Below are positions 51,084 through 64,000 of a stretch of 64,000 nt of DNA, piece by piece. Numbering within the stretch: the stretch's first letter is position 1; every line of letters begins with the position of its first letter. The notes beneath the pieces are model-generated. The model made no database searches. It had not been told where the DNA came from and was given only the letters and a program-made list of their open reading frames with translations. The stretch is taken from assembly GCA_951406725.2 (NCBI GenBank), contig OX597818.1, positions 71,114,001-71,178,000 on the forward strand, read 5' to 3'. The position numbers and the translations under genes were made by a program. The stretch comes from Octopus vulgaris (taxonomy: Eukaryota).

Positions 51084-51469
51084 AGACATATATGAATTAT
51101 ATGTGTGAGTAGTGAGACTACGCACCTTTACAACTAAAATATTTCACACAGATGGCTTCAGACAGCTATTGATGCCAGTTGATGCAGTTATCTCAGCATG
51201 ATATCACTGGATGAATACATTCATTTATATATTTCTCCTTACCACAAGTTTATATAATTTCTCTCACCTCACATTACATAAATTGAAGGCTTTATGTATT
51301 ACACCAAATCTGATAACAATTGTTTTTGTTTCCTTTTGTTTTAAAACATATACATTATTTGTATATGTATAAACATATACTTGCATGCACATTCAAAGAA
51401 GCATGTAAACACATAGTTATAATTATGATTTATCCTAAAATTCAAATTTTGCATTTTCTTACATTGCAG

Positions 51470-51596
51470 ATATGAATCTAACTACAATCGGACTTTTGTG
51501 CCAAGGAGCTTTAAATCTGATATCAGCGATACTTATTCAATGCTGCGATTACCTCCAGCGGATCTGTCTAACACCAAGTTTGCAACAAATGTATAA
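51470..51596 (+). CDS. Terminal coding exon: (R)YESNYNRTFVPRSFKSDISDTYSMLRLPPADLSNTKFATNV*; probable cytoplasmic tail of a membrane protein with a class I PDZ-binding end
   Basis: Acceptor gcattttcttacattgcag ends at 51469. The first base completes the split AG|A Arg codon, followed by 41 sense codons and TAA at 51594-51596. Confidence 0.85.
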
Positions 51597-52152
51597 ATTC
51601 TATATGATGTGATAAAAGTAAAATGTTAAAATACAACCAAACTAAGCCACACATAGACAAATCAAAACAAATTGTGCAAATGTTCGGTGAAAATGTATTA
51701 CAAAACAAAATATAGAAATTTTAAAAAAAACATTCTTCCTGAGAAAAAAAATTTATAAAATGTTAAAGAAGAGATCAGAAAACAGAATAAAATATTAGAA
51801 ACATTTGAAAGAAAAAATATAAAATTCATCAAAAGGAATTTCTTTAAAAAGCAATTATTATTATTGTTTTTCATTTCCCACCCCTCCCACCAATTTTCAT
51901 TAATTTTCAAAATTTGTTTTTTTCTACTCTGCTGGCTACTTAAATATATGAATATGTAAAATATTTGCTACGACAAGAAAAACAAAACATGTCCTTTCAA
52001 TTATAATATGTCTTCAAAAAAAAAAAAAAAGATCCCAAAAGCAGTATGAGATTGGGGAGAAATAGGTGTCCCATCAGTTACAAAGACATTTCATCCCCCA
52101 TTGGCAATTTGAAGATACATTATTAATCACCTCATCAAACTATTTGTGTTCT

Positions 52153-52188
<36 letters not shown>

Positions 52189-52239
52189 GTGTGTGTGTGT
52201 ATATATATGTGCATTTACATAAACATATGGGTGTGTATG

Positions 52240-52271
<32 letters not shown>

Positions 52272-52749
52272 CACACATACATACACATAATTACATTCAT
52301 ACACACATAAATACAAACATATACATATGTGCCTTTATATGCTGGCACATACATATAAAGAGACATGGATATATGTAGATATGCATATGTATATAAATTT
52401 TATACATACACACATATATGTACGTACATACATGTGTGTGTGTGTACACAGACACAGTTATGCTCATACATATACACACAGATACACATACAGCAGTGTT
52501 TGTCATTTATTTTGTTGAGTTTTTTTAAACCTGACCTGCAAATTTCAACATAATCAAAATGAATATGTGAACGACTTGTGGAAAAATTTCAGTGAAAATT
52601 TTATTCCAGATCTACATGAGGGACAATTTTTTTTTTTCTCTCAGTTAATCCAGGAGCACTTGAAGAACTTTTTCCCTGTGCTAAGATGGCAGCTACAAAA
52701 GGAAAAGAAACCATTGATAGATAGGTAGATGAGCAGATATATAAGTTTA

Positions 52750-52757
52750 CACGCACG

Positions 52758-52812
<55 letters not shown>
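52750..52812. repeat. (CA)n microsatellite
   Basis: Direct inspection. Confidence 0.95.
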
Positions 52813-52816
<4 letters not shown>

Positions 52817-55800
52817 GATAAATCAAAAGGTGAGTTTTAAAAAAAATTAAGTGTTTTATGTAATGTATATTTGTTTTCATTCAGTACTTTTTCTGAAAGC
52901 TGTAGTACTGAAATGAAACTGTTCACAATGGTTTTTCTTTTTATTTATTTTGTATTTCTTTTCAAATTTTATTTTGTTAAACTAGCAACCCTTTGTTTAT
53001 GCAGTAGCTACTTTTATTCAATGAATAACAATAATTAATTAGTTTTCTTCCTTTGGTTCCCTTCAGCTACTGTGATTATCAGTAAGTTATTTTATTAAGT
53101 AAACAAAAAGCAGTTTAACTTATGAAATATAATGAAAATTATTTCAATCATTATAAGAACGAATCTGAGGCAAAGCTAATAAGGTCACTATTATCTGAGG
53201 TCTTCTGACCTATTTTTCTCTTTCAAATTGGTGCCTATGCACACCACTTTACATATGTTGAAGATTTTAGTCTGTTGACTTATGACACACACATGAAGAA
53301 TAAGGTTAAAGACTAAGATGATAATATGTGTGATACATGTGCCTAGAAAATTTGCATACAATTGCACTTTACAATCACACTTGCAGACTAGCACACACAC
53401 ATTTACCAGTTAGTATATGATGTATAGGGAAAGAAACATGTAATATATACGAAAACAGACTTAACAGCATTTAAATAACATGGTTGGACATTTTGGAAGA
53501 AAATTCAGAATAGACAGAAAATCATGAATGGTTATTAATAAAATATATATAGTAATAAATAGTAATCACTGTCTTAAAACATTTTTGCAACTATAATTTA
53601 ACAAATCTAGACAATTATACTGTTCTAAATAATTAAGAAAGTAATTGTGTTTTCCCTTTTATTATTCACGTCTCCTGCTCAAAAAGGTAAAATCTATTCC
53701 CACTTAAACGTGGATGTTCTATTAGAACAAACTTTACTGCAGTATATACCACGAGAGAAACTCTTACATAGGCTTATTATATAGGTATTTTTGCAAAATG
53801 CACTCTTTCAAAATTATCATAAGAAATCAATTTGAAAGTGAAATTAATACCTCTTAATTCTAGCCAATACACGAATTAACTTTTAAAACTTTCTTTCAAG
53901 AAAGATTTTTAAGAAAACTCAAGGGAAGTAATAAAAGAGAAACTGGTAGAGTCGTCTCCCTTATAAATATTGTTTTTTTTGTTTTTTTTATAAATGTAAA
54001 ATGTATCAGGTTAAAAAAAATTGCTTTTTTACGAAATCGTTTGATATTTTCTACAGGTTTATTTCCAGTTATTTAATAATTTTATCGTAATTACTCAATC
54101 TCCTTCTGTTTTGTTTAAAAGTACGTGTGCACCTGTATGCATGCATGGTTAGATAGAAGCAAAGAGTAATAATGTGTAAGCAAAATAGTAGAAGCAATTA
54201 TATCAGTTTAAATGAGCGATAAACTGGGACATTAATTATTCCTTTAGCAATGGCAAGTATTATACTCATCTAATGCTTTCTATAAAATAATTACTAATCA
54301 CTACAATAACTTCTAGATAAAAACCATAAATACTGTTTCAGTAAGGATACTACAACAATATTTACAAGCTGATTTTGATACCTGCTTGATAACATTTTAA
54401 TTTCGTAGATCCACCTACTCACCTCTATAAGTATGTCAAGAATCAAAAGAAACTATTTTTGCTAGAGAAAACAATATATATATAGAGATTAAAGGTTATC
54501 ATTTGATAAGTTCAATACTTGGATGAAGACACTCTGCATATATCTTTTTTAGAAGTATATTAAGATATAATTTTTTTTCCCCAGGTGTAAATAATTGTAA
54601 TAAGCTTAAAACCTATCAATATTTAAATTCAGCACAAAATTTTCAAAATAATAGAAATTAGAAAGTAGCAACTAGTACAAAAGAATTTATCTCAGGAAAG
54701 AGAAGATTCTAGTAAGCACAGTTCAACATTAACATGAATCAAAATTTAGTAACATAAAAACAAATAAAATTGATTGGTAAATATATTATTAACACATGCT
54801 TATATATAGCTAGAAATATATGCACACACATTTGTGTTTTCATGCTGATTCGATCATTTAATTTAGATTATTTTCAAAAATAGTTTTAAATGTATCACTT
54901 TTGAAGAAAGGCTAAGAATTTCAATTTGAGATATCTTTGAGCAAGCTAGAAAGGATTTCATGACAAAACTGAAGTTCTCTTACAAAAAAAAAAAAAAAAT
55001 TTACAAAGAACAATTACGGGATAAATTCATATTCTCCATGCACAAATTAATTGTGATGGAAACAGTAATAAATGCTGAAGGAATGTGAGGCAAGCTTCTT
55101 TTAAATGCTGACCATGAAATAGTTTTGTTCCTTGCTTGAAACTACTTCATGCTAGAAACGTTTATGAAAACAGCATAAACATTATTGCATTTACTTACTC
55201 CTTTGCTTAAAATATAGGGTCTTTTATTTCTAAATATTTGTAACTTTTTCTAGTTATCCATTTCCTGAAAGGAAATATTATCATAGTAAATATATTTGTT
55301 GAAACTCTAATAATGCTACATAGAATTTTTGAAGAATATATATGAGTTAGCAATATTCAATTGCAATGCAGTTATATCCTGATGAATAATACTTTTAAAA
55401 GTACTCACCTTGTGGCAGACTCAATAGCTTCTCATCGTTTCAAGAATAAGTACAAGGAATAATTCCAGAAATTTCTATTTTTCACTAAAAGAAAAAAATA
55501 ATTAGCTTATGCCTAGTCAAAATTAGTCGTTAATTCAACATGTAACGTAATACTTGTGTAAAAAAGAAAAAGGAAAACCAGACTGTCATATCTTCAGATA
55601 ATCCCATGATGAATATTAAACTTTATTAACATGAACAAGAAATACACCCATCAACAGTAGTGCTTATTAATTACATAAGAATCATTTGCTAATTTTGTTG
55701 TAAGTTACAGCATTTGATCTACAGTTTGTGTATTTGCGTGTGTGTGTGTATGTATTATAAACACACTTTATGCATATGTGTGATGTATAGGTAATTCAAA

Positions 55801-56273
55801 TTTATACATTATTGGAAATATGAAATATAGTTTCTTTTTATAAATGGAATTGTATTACCCAAGTTTTTCACTTACCAGTCCCAACACTAACAAGGGAGCT
55901 TCCAAGTGGTCACTTGACCTACTAGGAATAACAACCAAATTCCTTCAACTCTTACCCTACCATCTTAAAACAGTAATGTAATCCTGGATATAAAATGACA
56001 AGATAGTCAAGGCTGGAATGCCTTGTAACTTGTTGAGGGCTGACCAACCTTGGGTTAAATAACTGGTATCTGCTGGAAACATAAAGAAAAATAAACTTAT
56101 ATTGATTCATGACTCAATTAAAACAGTTCATGTCAAATCTACAGGATTGAAAGATCTTTAAACTAATGCATAAAAATAATGTAACTGCTATTCAAAAACA
56201 TAGCAACAACAGATGGGGAAACAGACCAATTTAATAGACAAAACAAAATGAATTTCAAGTTTAATGGTGCATG

Positions 56274-56420
<147 letters not shown>

Positions 56421-59400
56421 AAACTTTTATTTTCTTCCCCATCAATTCCTGTAAGATTTGGCATTTATCCCTCCCTACTTTCAGAAACTTCCATCTGTAG
56501 CTAAAGATTTCAACCAAAATAGAATTGCTAGCCCCTTCCCAAATTTTTATATTACTACCACCTCAGTCTTATGCATGGAAATAGGCAATTTATGTATGTA
56601 TGAGTGTGAGTTTATTTTTTACCTTTCATAACTGGTAAATAGCGTATTTGTTGCTACAGTTCAATTATATGTTTTCCTTGCCCAAAGTGTCACTTACCCA
56701 AGAGGTAGCCCAATTAAATACCAGCCCGAGCCCAGCTTGATGTCGCTTAACTATGGTGTTACAAGGAAAAAAAAATTTAATAAACTGTAATAAAAATGTT
56801 CTGGTATTTAGTGTTACCATTTGCTACTAAATATGGTTGTTACCATTGCCATTACATGTGGTAAGGAAGAACGTGTCTGTTTTTAACAACTTGGAACACA
56901 AACATGGTTGAAAAGGAAGAAAGAATATGCAGAAAAAAATAACAATAACACCAACAGAAATGGACTAAATGCACATATAGGCATTTGTAATATTTTTTCC
57001 TTTTTTTTTTCTTTCTTTCGTCTTTCCCTAAATTCTGAATGGCACAAGATCCAGATGATAGGTTGGGTGGAGAAAATGTGTTAAGTACTAAGTTCTGATA
57101 TGATTTCTGGAACAAGCCATATCCATTCCATCTTCCTATTGTGCTCCTTTCCCATTTTCAGCAAATTACAAAAATAGGATTAAAAGACTTTTCCTATTTT
57201 AAGTTTTTTTTAATTATTTATTTATTTATATGAACCATTGCTTTTGAAAAAGAAAACAAAAATTTGCAGGAAAATATTTCTTGCTTCAATAAAATAGAAA
57301 TGTGTTCTTAATAATTTAAGGGATTATTTTAAAATGAGCTTAAAAAAAATGTTTTTTTTTACTTATCATCACCATCGTCATCATCATTATTATTATCATC
57401 ATCAAAATGATTTCTATTAGCTGCAATTTTGAATTTTGTTGTAGATAGATTATGGGATCATTACAAAGATTTTTTTAAATAGTAGCAAAATTAAGGTAAA
57501 TTTATTGCTTTATTGCTTTAACTTAAAAAAGTTAAAACATAATGGAACAGAAAATCTAATGGTCAAAGTAACAGTAATAATAATAATGTGTACTGAATGA
57601 GTGGGACTAATTATATAGTAGAGAACAAATATAAATAAAATAAAAACAAATGGAAAATGAGAAAAAAATCCATATTTTTCTATTAATAAAAGAGAAAAAA
57701 GAAGAAATACACACAAATCCTAACAAGCATTCATACAAACAACAATATAACATTGGTATAATAAATGTTCTGAAGTGAAGCAAACAAGTCTTGTGCAGTT
57801 TTTGTGGTTATTTTATGTTCATCATTAAACGTGCTTTTTTTAAAAAATTTTATCAGTCATGAATTAAAATACAATGAAAGATATAAATCATTATATTAAT
57901 ATTATATTATATTAATATCATATTAATATTATTCTCAGTACTGCCACAATGAATGGCAGGCATCAGTAGAGGGGCCCAGACTAAATGCTATGCAGAATAA
58001 TATGAAATAGACATAAGTCCATAGTTATGTTCATGCTATATTTTTCTGAAAAACAATTCTCATTGAGATGAACTACTCCCACCAGAGTAGATAATAATGA
58101 AATTATTGTATACAGTGCTCAGGTGCACCACGACATAGATAAGCGTCATATACTAATTGGAATTAAACTATGAATTAATTGACTTCATACTTTGTACTCT
58201 GAAAATGTGTAGCCTTACACTAAAATGGAATACTCTCAAGTCTAAATTAATAATTTGTATCTTAACTATTGATATTAATTTATACTGGTTATTATACTGT
58301 CAGCCATAAATTTAAGAGGTGAAGTAGAAGGTTAATGTCAAAATGAAACAATAGAATCCTAAAGAAACTAGTGCCCAAAATGTTAGACTTTTCTCCCTCA
58401 CAGTAAAATAATCTTTTCACCTAGAAGCTGAATGGTTGAGTGTATAAGATACCAAACTATCTACTGATGTATCAAAGTATTCTGTTTTAAAGACAGAACT
58501 TTTTATGTTGCCTCAGTTTCTTTGACTACAACGAAACAGGTACCAGACTGTTTTCTCAAAAGTTATCAGCAGTAATCTTCTTGTGTAGGAGTTTGTACGA
58601 AGAGAATTATTTCATCTGCTTAAAGTTACAGAAAAGCAAAAAAAAAAAAGTAGCCACACAAATCCTTATCATTCATTAATACTGAATAATACTTTTCTGT
58701 TATGAGTTTTTTTTCCAAAGAATGATGTTACAGAACTGATAATAAAACATTCTGGTTATGAAAGCTTTAACTGGTAAAATAATTATTAACTACTGAAAAT
58801 AATATTAGCTTTTTATTTTTATACCATTTCTGGTAGCATTTTATTCTCAATTTCTACAGTATTCATTATGTTTATTTCATTTTCTATTTTTTTTTTTCTT
58901 TTGACATAATTTATTCTAAGGTATCTCAATGTGAGTGCATTTCTTAGCATACCTAGTCAGACTTACATGCTGATACATACATGTATGTGATATATTTATG
59001 TCTACCTGCAAAGACATGCAGAAAACAATTATACAAGATATAAATTTCTTTGTTTCTGAGTATGTGCATGCACACAAACATATATACAGGGATACACATA
59101 CACACACACAAAAACTTACACCAATAACATTCAACACTAGTAGTAATTATACATAAAAATATCCAGCAAAAGCTATTAAAGTGGCTCCAATATACAACCC
59201 TCTTATAAATCATTTATTTGTCTTTGTTTACATTTTGTTTTAGCATTATCACTCTTATTACCATTCTTATTTTCGCTTCTCTCTCTCATTCTTCCCCCCA
59301 GAACTATGTCCTTGTAGCGTTCTTTTATTTTCAGATACTTGTTCATTGAATCTGTGTGTTCCATAATTATACTTTGATGCATTTAATTTTTTTAAATTTT

Positions 59401-61834
59401 AATTTTATTTTCTTTTGTTAAACTTATGGTGTGTGAATAATAAAAAGATTACACTAAAATTGATGTAAAGAAAATATGTTTATGACTAATTTTGTTTTCC
59501 TCATTGTTAATACATTTTTTTTTCACACAAAAATTTTCCAAAACATACATATACCAATGTTTATGTTGACATGTTAAACCTATTTTCAAAATTGAAACAA
59601 TAAGTTTTGGAATGCCAGCTCCTTAGTTATTCATCAATGTCCCATTACAACCACTTCACAAAACTTTAAAGCCAGCCCCCTAGTTATGTTATCTAACTTG
59701 TGAGTTGGTTTAGCTAGCACCCTCCATTGTAAGCTTGCAAACACCAAGAAATTGAAGATATAAACTGTTGTAATGGAGTTTATCTAAATCTGTAGTATTC
59801 TTTTTAGCTCCATCCATGAACACCAGGTTTGGGGATTTCCTGATGCAGATGTGAGGAACGTGTGTCTCGTTAAGTTATCAACTTTAGTTTTATTTTTTAT
59901 TTCTTTTATTTATTGTTTAGTGAAAGAAAGATAGGCAGCAACTAATGACTTTTGGCGGGGACTTTGTATGACTTGCAGGAGAGAGAAATGAGGAACTCAG
60001 CAAAGGCAGAATATTATTTCTATCTAGCTATTCTGTTTACTCGACAAGCAGTAAGAAAGCTAAATCATAAGTAGAACGTGAAAGTGTGTGAGACGGGAGA
60101 GTGCATTTATACTATTACCATTTCATTATGTCCTATACAAATATGGAAACTATTTTAATTGTACCAGAAATAGCAATTACACGAAGCATTAGTGGAACTA
60201 ATAGTTCTTAGTTGCCTCCCTTTACAATTAGTTATCTCCCTTCAAAATGAATTTAAAGTTAATTGATTCTTAAATGGTTTCATTTTTGGCATGGGTCCAC
60301 AGTTTAGAAGTATGGGTTTTATGATTTAGTTTCCTTCGCCTAAATTTGAATGTAGACATAGGACTCCTTGATATGGGATTGGTGGTGGTGGTGGTGGTGG
60401 TGATGATGATGATGAGGAAGATGTGAAGGATGGTGGTGGTTGCAACGAAGACAGTTGCAAATGACTGAAAATAACAGTTCCCTTTGACAAGAAAGATTCA
60501 TTTGAAACCCAAGTCTCTTTTATTATCTCACAGTTCTCTCTTTCAAGAGATGAAATTGGATATGGTCCAGATTATATTATACATGAACATAAAGCAATTT
60601 ACAGTAATGGCGTAAAAGCCTCTAAGTTATCCGAGTTATAGCTATGATCCACCAGGATTGACTTGGGTTTAAACAACAATAAAAAGTACTTCTCAAAATA
60701 AAAGAGCAACCAAATCCCCCTCTAAACACACAATATCGTCTTAAAAGGAGGACACACTAGATAATGTCCAATACTGACCAGAGATAAAACTACAAGTGGT
60801 ACTCCACTGATTAATCTGAAATCACATTAATAATACAACCAGGTTTAAGCTCAGAGACACAATCTTCCATCTTAGCTATCTTCTAAACATCCATCCAGCA
60901 CAGATACAAGGATACACATTTTGAATGAAGTTATAGTAGAATATACTAACACTAGTTCTTACCGTGGAGATTATCTTGAGGAAAGGTAAACTCAGCCATC
61001 GTGACTAACTCAAAATATAATGGGACCATTAGCTAAAAACCACAAGACACTTAAATACTTTATTGATTCAGCCCTCCACCATCCTGATATTGATTTCTAA
61101 CATCAGTACAAGTATCAAAATTGGAGCAAGAGTATACTCAATTATATTGGACCAAGTATCTGAATGAATTTATATTATTGACCCAAAGAGGATGAAAGGT
61201 ACAGAGATGATGTTTGAACTCAGAACAAAAAGAACTGTAATTGAATATTGCACGATATTTGTCTGACGTTTTATTCATTCAGCCAATTCATCATTCTCTT
61301 ATAATGAGAAGACATTATTTCTGCCAACAAAGTTCTAATTGGAGAGTCTCTAGTCAATTCAATTAATGCAGGGTATTAGTGGCAATTATTTTGTTAACTC
61401 TGAAGTTGATTGCAGAAATCAAAACAAAAATGGAAGAATCTAAATCTAGTCAGCACCATCAGCTAATCTCACAAATAATAATCGTCATCCGAAATTACAG
61501 AATTCATCTAATGAAACCCCGACCCAGAATTGAAACTAGTGTTACTGTTTCTTCTGCTAAAAATTCTGAAGAAAAACGAAAGCATTTACATCTCTCTATT
61601 ACAGGCAGTATTGGCAAAAATGTTTAGATATACTCCATCAAAGAGTGTAGCACCAATAAAGATTTTGAAAGTAAACATAAGGTTGTACATTGTGGATTAT
61701 GGAACAATCGATTGAATCTACTAGATTTTTTGAGTGCTACTTTATTTCATTGATCAACAAAAAGCTATTACAGTCATATGTGATTGCAGCAGGATTTGAA
61801 CACAAGAAAAATGACATGTAACGAAATACATGTA

Positions 61835-61878
<44 letters not shown>

Positions 61879-61883
61879 TAAAC

Positions 61884-61965
<82 letters not shown>

Positions 61966-61989
61966 CACATATATATAAATATATTAAGT

Positions 61990-62210
61990 CGTGTAGCAGC
62001 ACCAAATGGCGGTGCCACAGCTCGTGAGCTGAAACTATATAAAATTAAAATGAAATAAAATATATTCCAAGAAAACTGAAGGAAGGTAAAATATGCCCTA
62101 TTCATAAAGGAGGTAGCAGAGCGGAAGGCCAAGAACTACAGACCTATCTGTAAAATCATGTAAGAACACAAAATGGCGGTGCCCCAGCATAATAAAATAA
62201 AATAAAAAAT
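61990..62210 (+). mobile_element. Two short CR1-like 'C' pieces inside a TA tract: a 3' UTR stub and an ORF2-to-3'UTR fusion
   Basis: ccaaatggcggtgccacagctcgtgagctgaaact; then [24 protein letters not shown] joined to gtaaaatcatgta...aaatggcggtgccccagcat. Confidence 0.75.
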
Positions 62211-62432
62211 AAATATATATATATATATATATATAAACATGTGCATATATATGTACATATATATATATATTATACATACATATATATGTACATATATATA
62301 TATATTATACATACATATATATGTACATAGATAGATATATAGATATATGTATATATACATATATATATACATATATATATATACATACATATATATATAC
62401 ATAAATATATACATATATATATATATACATAC

Positions 62433-62493
<61 letters not shown>

Positions 62494-62517
62494 ATATATA
62501 TATACATACATATGTAT

Positions 62518-64000
62518 GATTTTGATTTTTGATTTTTGATTTTTCCAGCTTCAGCTCATGAGCTGTGGCCATGCTGGGGCACCGCCATTTGGTTTGCTAC
62601 ATGGTTTTACTTCACAAATGCTTTTTAGCAACTGCCATTTGGTGCATGAGAGAGTTCGATGCAGCTGCCCTCATCTGCACCTCTTGCCGTGAAGTTGGTT
62701 CATCTGGGATACCTGACAAGAAGAGATCCAGTTTCATTTTATAGACATCTGCATCCACCCCATGCAGGTCTCTTAGGTTCGTTGGGAGGATATTGAAGAG
62801 CTGTGGGCCTCTGAAGCCCAGGCTATCTTGTCCTACATCTTGATGGCAAATTTGGAGTCCTTGGTACTACGCAGTGGCGTCCGGTTCTGGCATTTGTGTA
62901 ACTCTCGATGCCAAAGTTTTGGACAGGTCCTTCCAGATATATATTATGGCATATCTTTCTCGCCTACGCTCCAGGGAATAGAGCTTTAATCTCTTGAGTC
63001 TTTCCCAGTAGCTTATATGCTGCACAGAGGCTATCTTCTTCGTGTAGCTTCGTTGGATCGCCTCAAGTTCTGTGATCAACTTGACACTGGATGGTGACCA
63101 TAGCTGAGAGCAATAGTCAAAGTGGCTTAGGACAAGTGTCTTCCAGAGGACCATCATGGTTTCTTGTTCTCTTGTTCTAAAGGTTCTAAGAATCTATCCG
63201 GCCAGCCGTCTACATTTCATTGCCAGTTTAGCAACATGTACATGAAAGGTCGCGTCATCACTCATGTAAATACCCAGGTCACGCACTGATTGTGCCTCTG
63301 GGATTGCAATCCCTCCGGGTCCAGTGTATTCATTGGGTATTGCATTCAATTTTGCATGCTGATAGCATAAAGCTTGAAACTTTTCAGCATTGAACTGCAT
63401 GCTATTCTTTTCAGCCCACTTGTATATTTTGTCCAGCTCACATTGCAGGTGCTTAGTGTCTTCAGGGTTTTGTATTGCCTGTGAAACTTTTGTATCATCT
63501 GCATAACTTGTGATCGTGGCTCTCTGCGTGGCTGAGGGCATGTCTGAGAGGGCCATTATGAACAGTAGTGGTCCCAAAACAGTGCCCTGCGGAACACCGC
63601 TCACTATTTGCGTGTTAATGGAAGTGGCCCCATTGGCTACTACCACCTGACTTCTATTCTTCAGAAAGTCATGAAGCCATTCTCCCAATTTTCCAACTAT
63701 GCCAAGATCACGCAGTTTGTGACATATCATTCCATGATCGACTTTATCAAAGGCCTTTGCAAAGTCGAGATATATGACTTCCACATTTGAGTGGTTGAGC
63801 AGTCGTTTCAGCACCCAGTCATAGTGTTGTAGGAGCTGAGTTAAGCAGCTTCTTCCTGGTCGGAAACCATGTTGGGTGTCAGGCAGCAAGTCATTTTCTT
63901 CAAGGAAGGTGATTAGTTTCCTTCTGACTATTCGTTCCATGACCTTGCTGATGAGTGAGGTCAGAGAGATAGGTCTGTAGTTCTTGGCCTCCGCTCTGCT
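62518..64000 (-). mobile_element. CR1-like LINE 'C', RT and C-terminus; runs off the window end
   Basis: 248-aa ORF with QHGFRPGRSC, YLDFAKAFDKVDH, SGVPQGTVLGPLLF and YADDTKV; premature stop at 63194 and a small deletion downstream; (AAAAATC)n-like tail. Confidence 0.97.

Noticed and set aside
63194-63940. Active or domesticated reverse transcriptase gene
   Set aside because: A premature stop replaces the conserved Trp (LAG*ILRTF) and a downstream frameshifting deletion is present; this is an ordinary dead LINE copy.

Overview
AT-rich eukaryotic (animal) genomic DNA. The repeat families look cephalopod/Octopus-like to me; this is recognition, not a database match. I can support only one host gene: the last two coding exons of a + strand gene (40460-40596 and 51470-51596). 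They have canonical splice sites, are phase-compatible, and encode a Tyr-rich tail ending in a PDZ-type motif (-ATNV*), so most of the window is probably intron and 3' UTR/downstream. The rest is repeats: a ~6 kb 37-bp minisatellite, RTE-clade LINEs with (CAT/ATG)n tails, at least three CR1-like LINE families (one nested in another with a 6-bp TSD), tRNA-type SINEs, a non-autonomous Helitron, an internally deleted mariner, a Penelope-like GIY-YIG remnant, a SAP/SWIM DNA-transposon remnant, a MITE, several fold-back palindromes and long (TA)n tracts. There is no CRISPR array and no rRNA or intact tRNA gene. Most listed ORFs are artefacts of simple repeats or antisense LINE frames. The most unusual signals are a PHD-type zinc finger inserted inside an RTE reverse transcriptase, a cluster of fold-backs in the (TA)n nest, and apparent (TA)n targeting by CR1-like LINEs. 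I cannot show that any of these is a new biological system.
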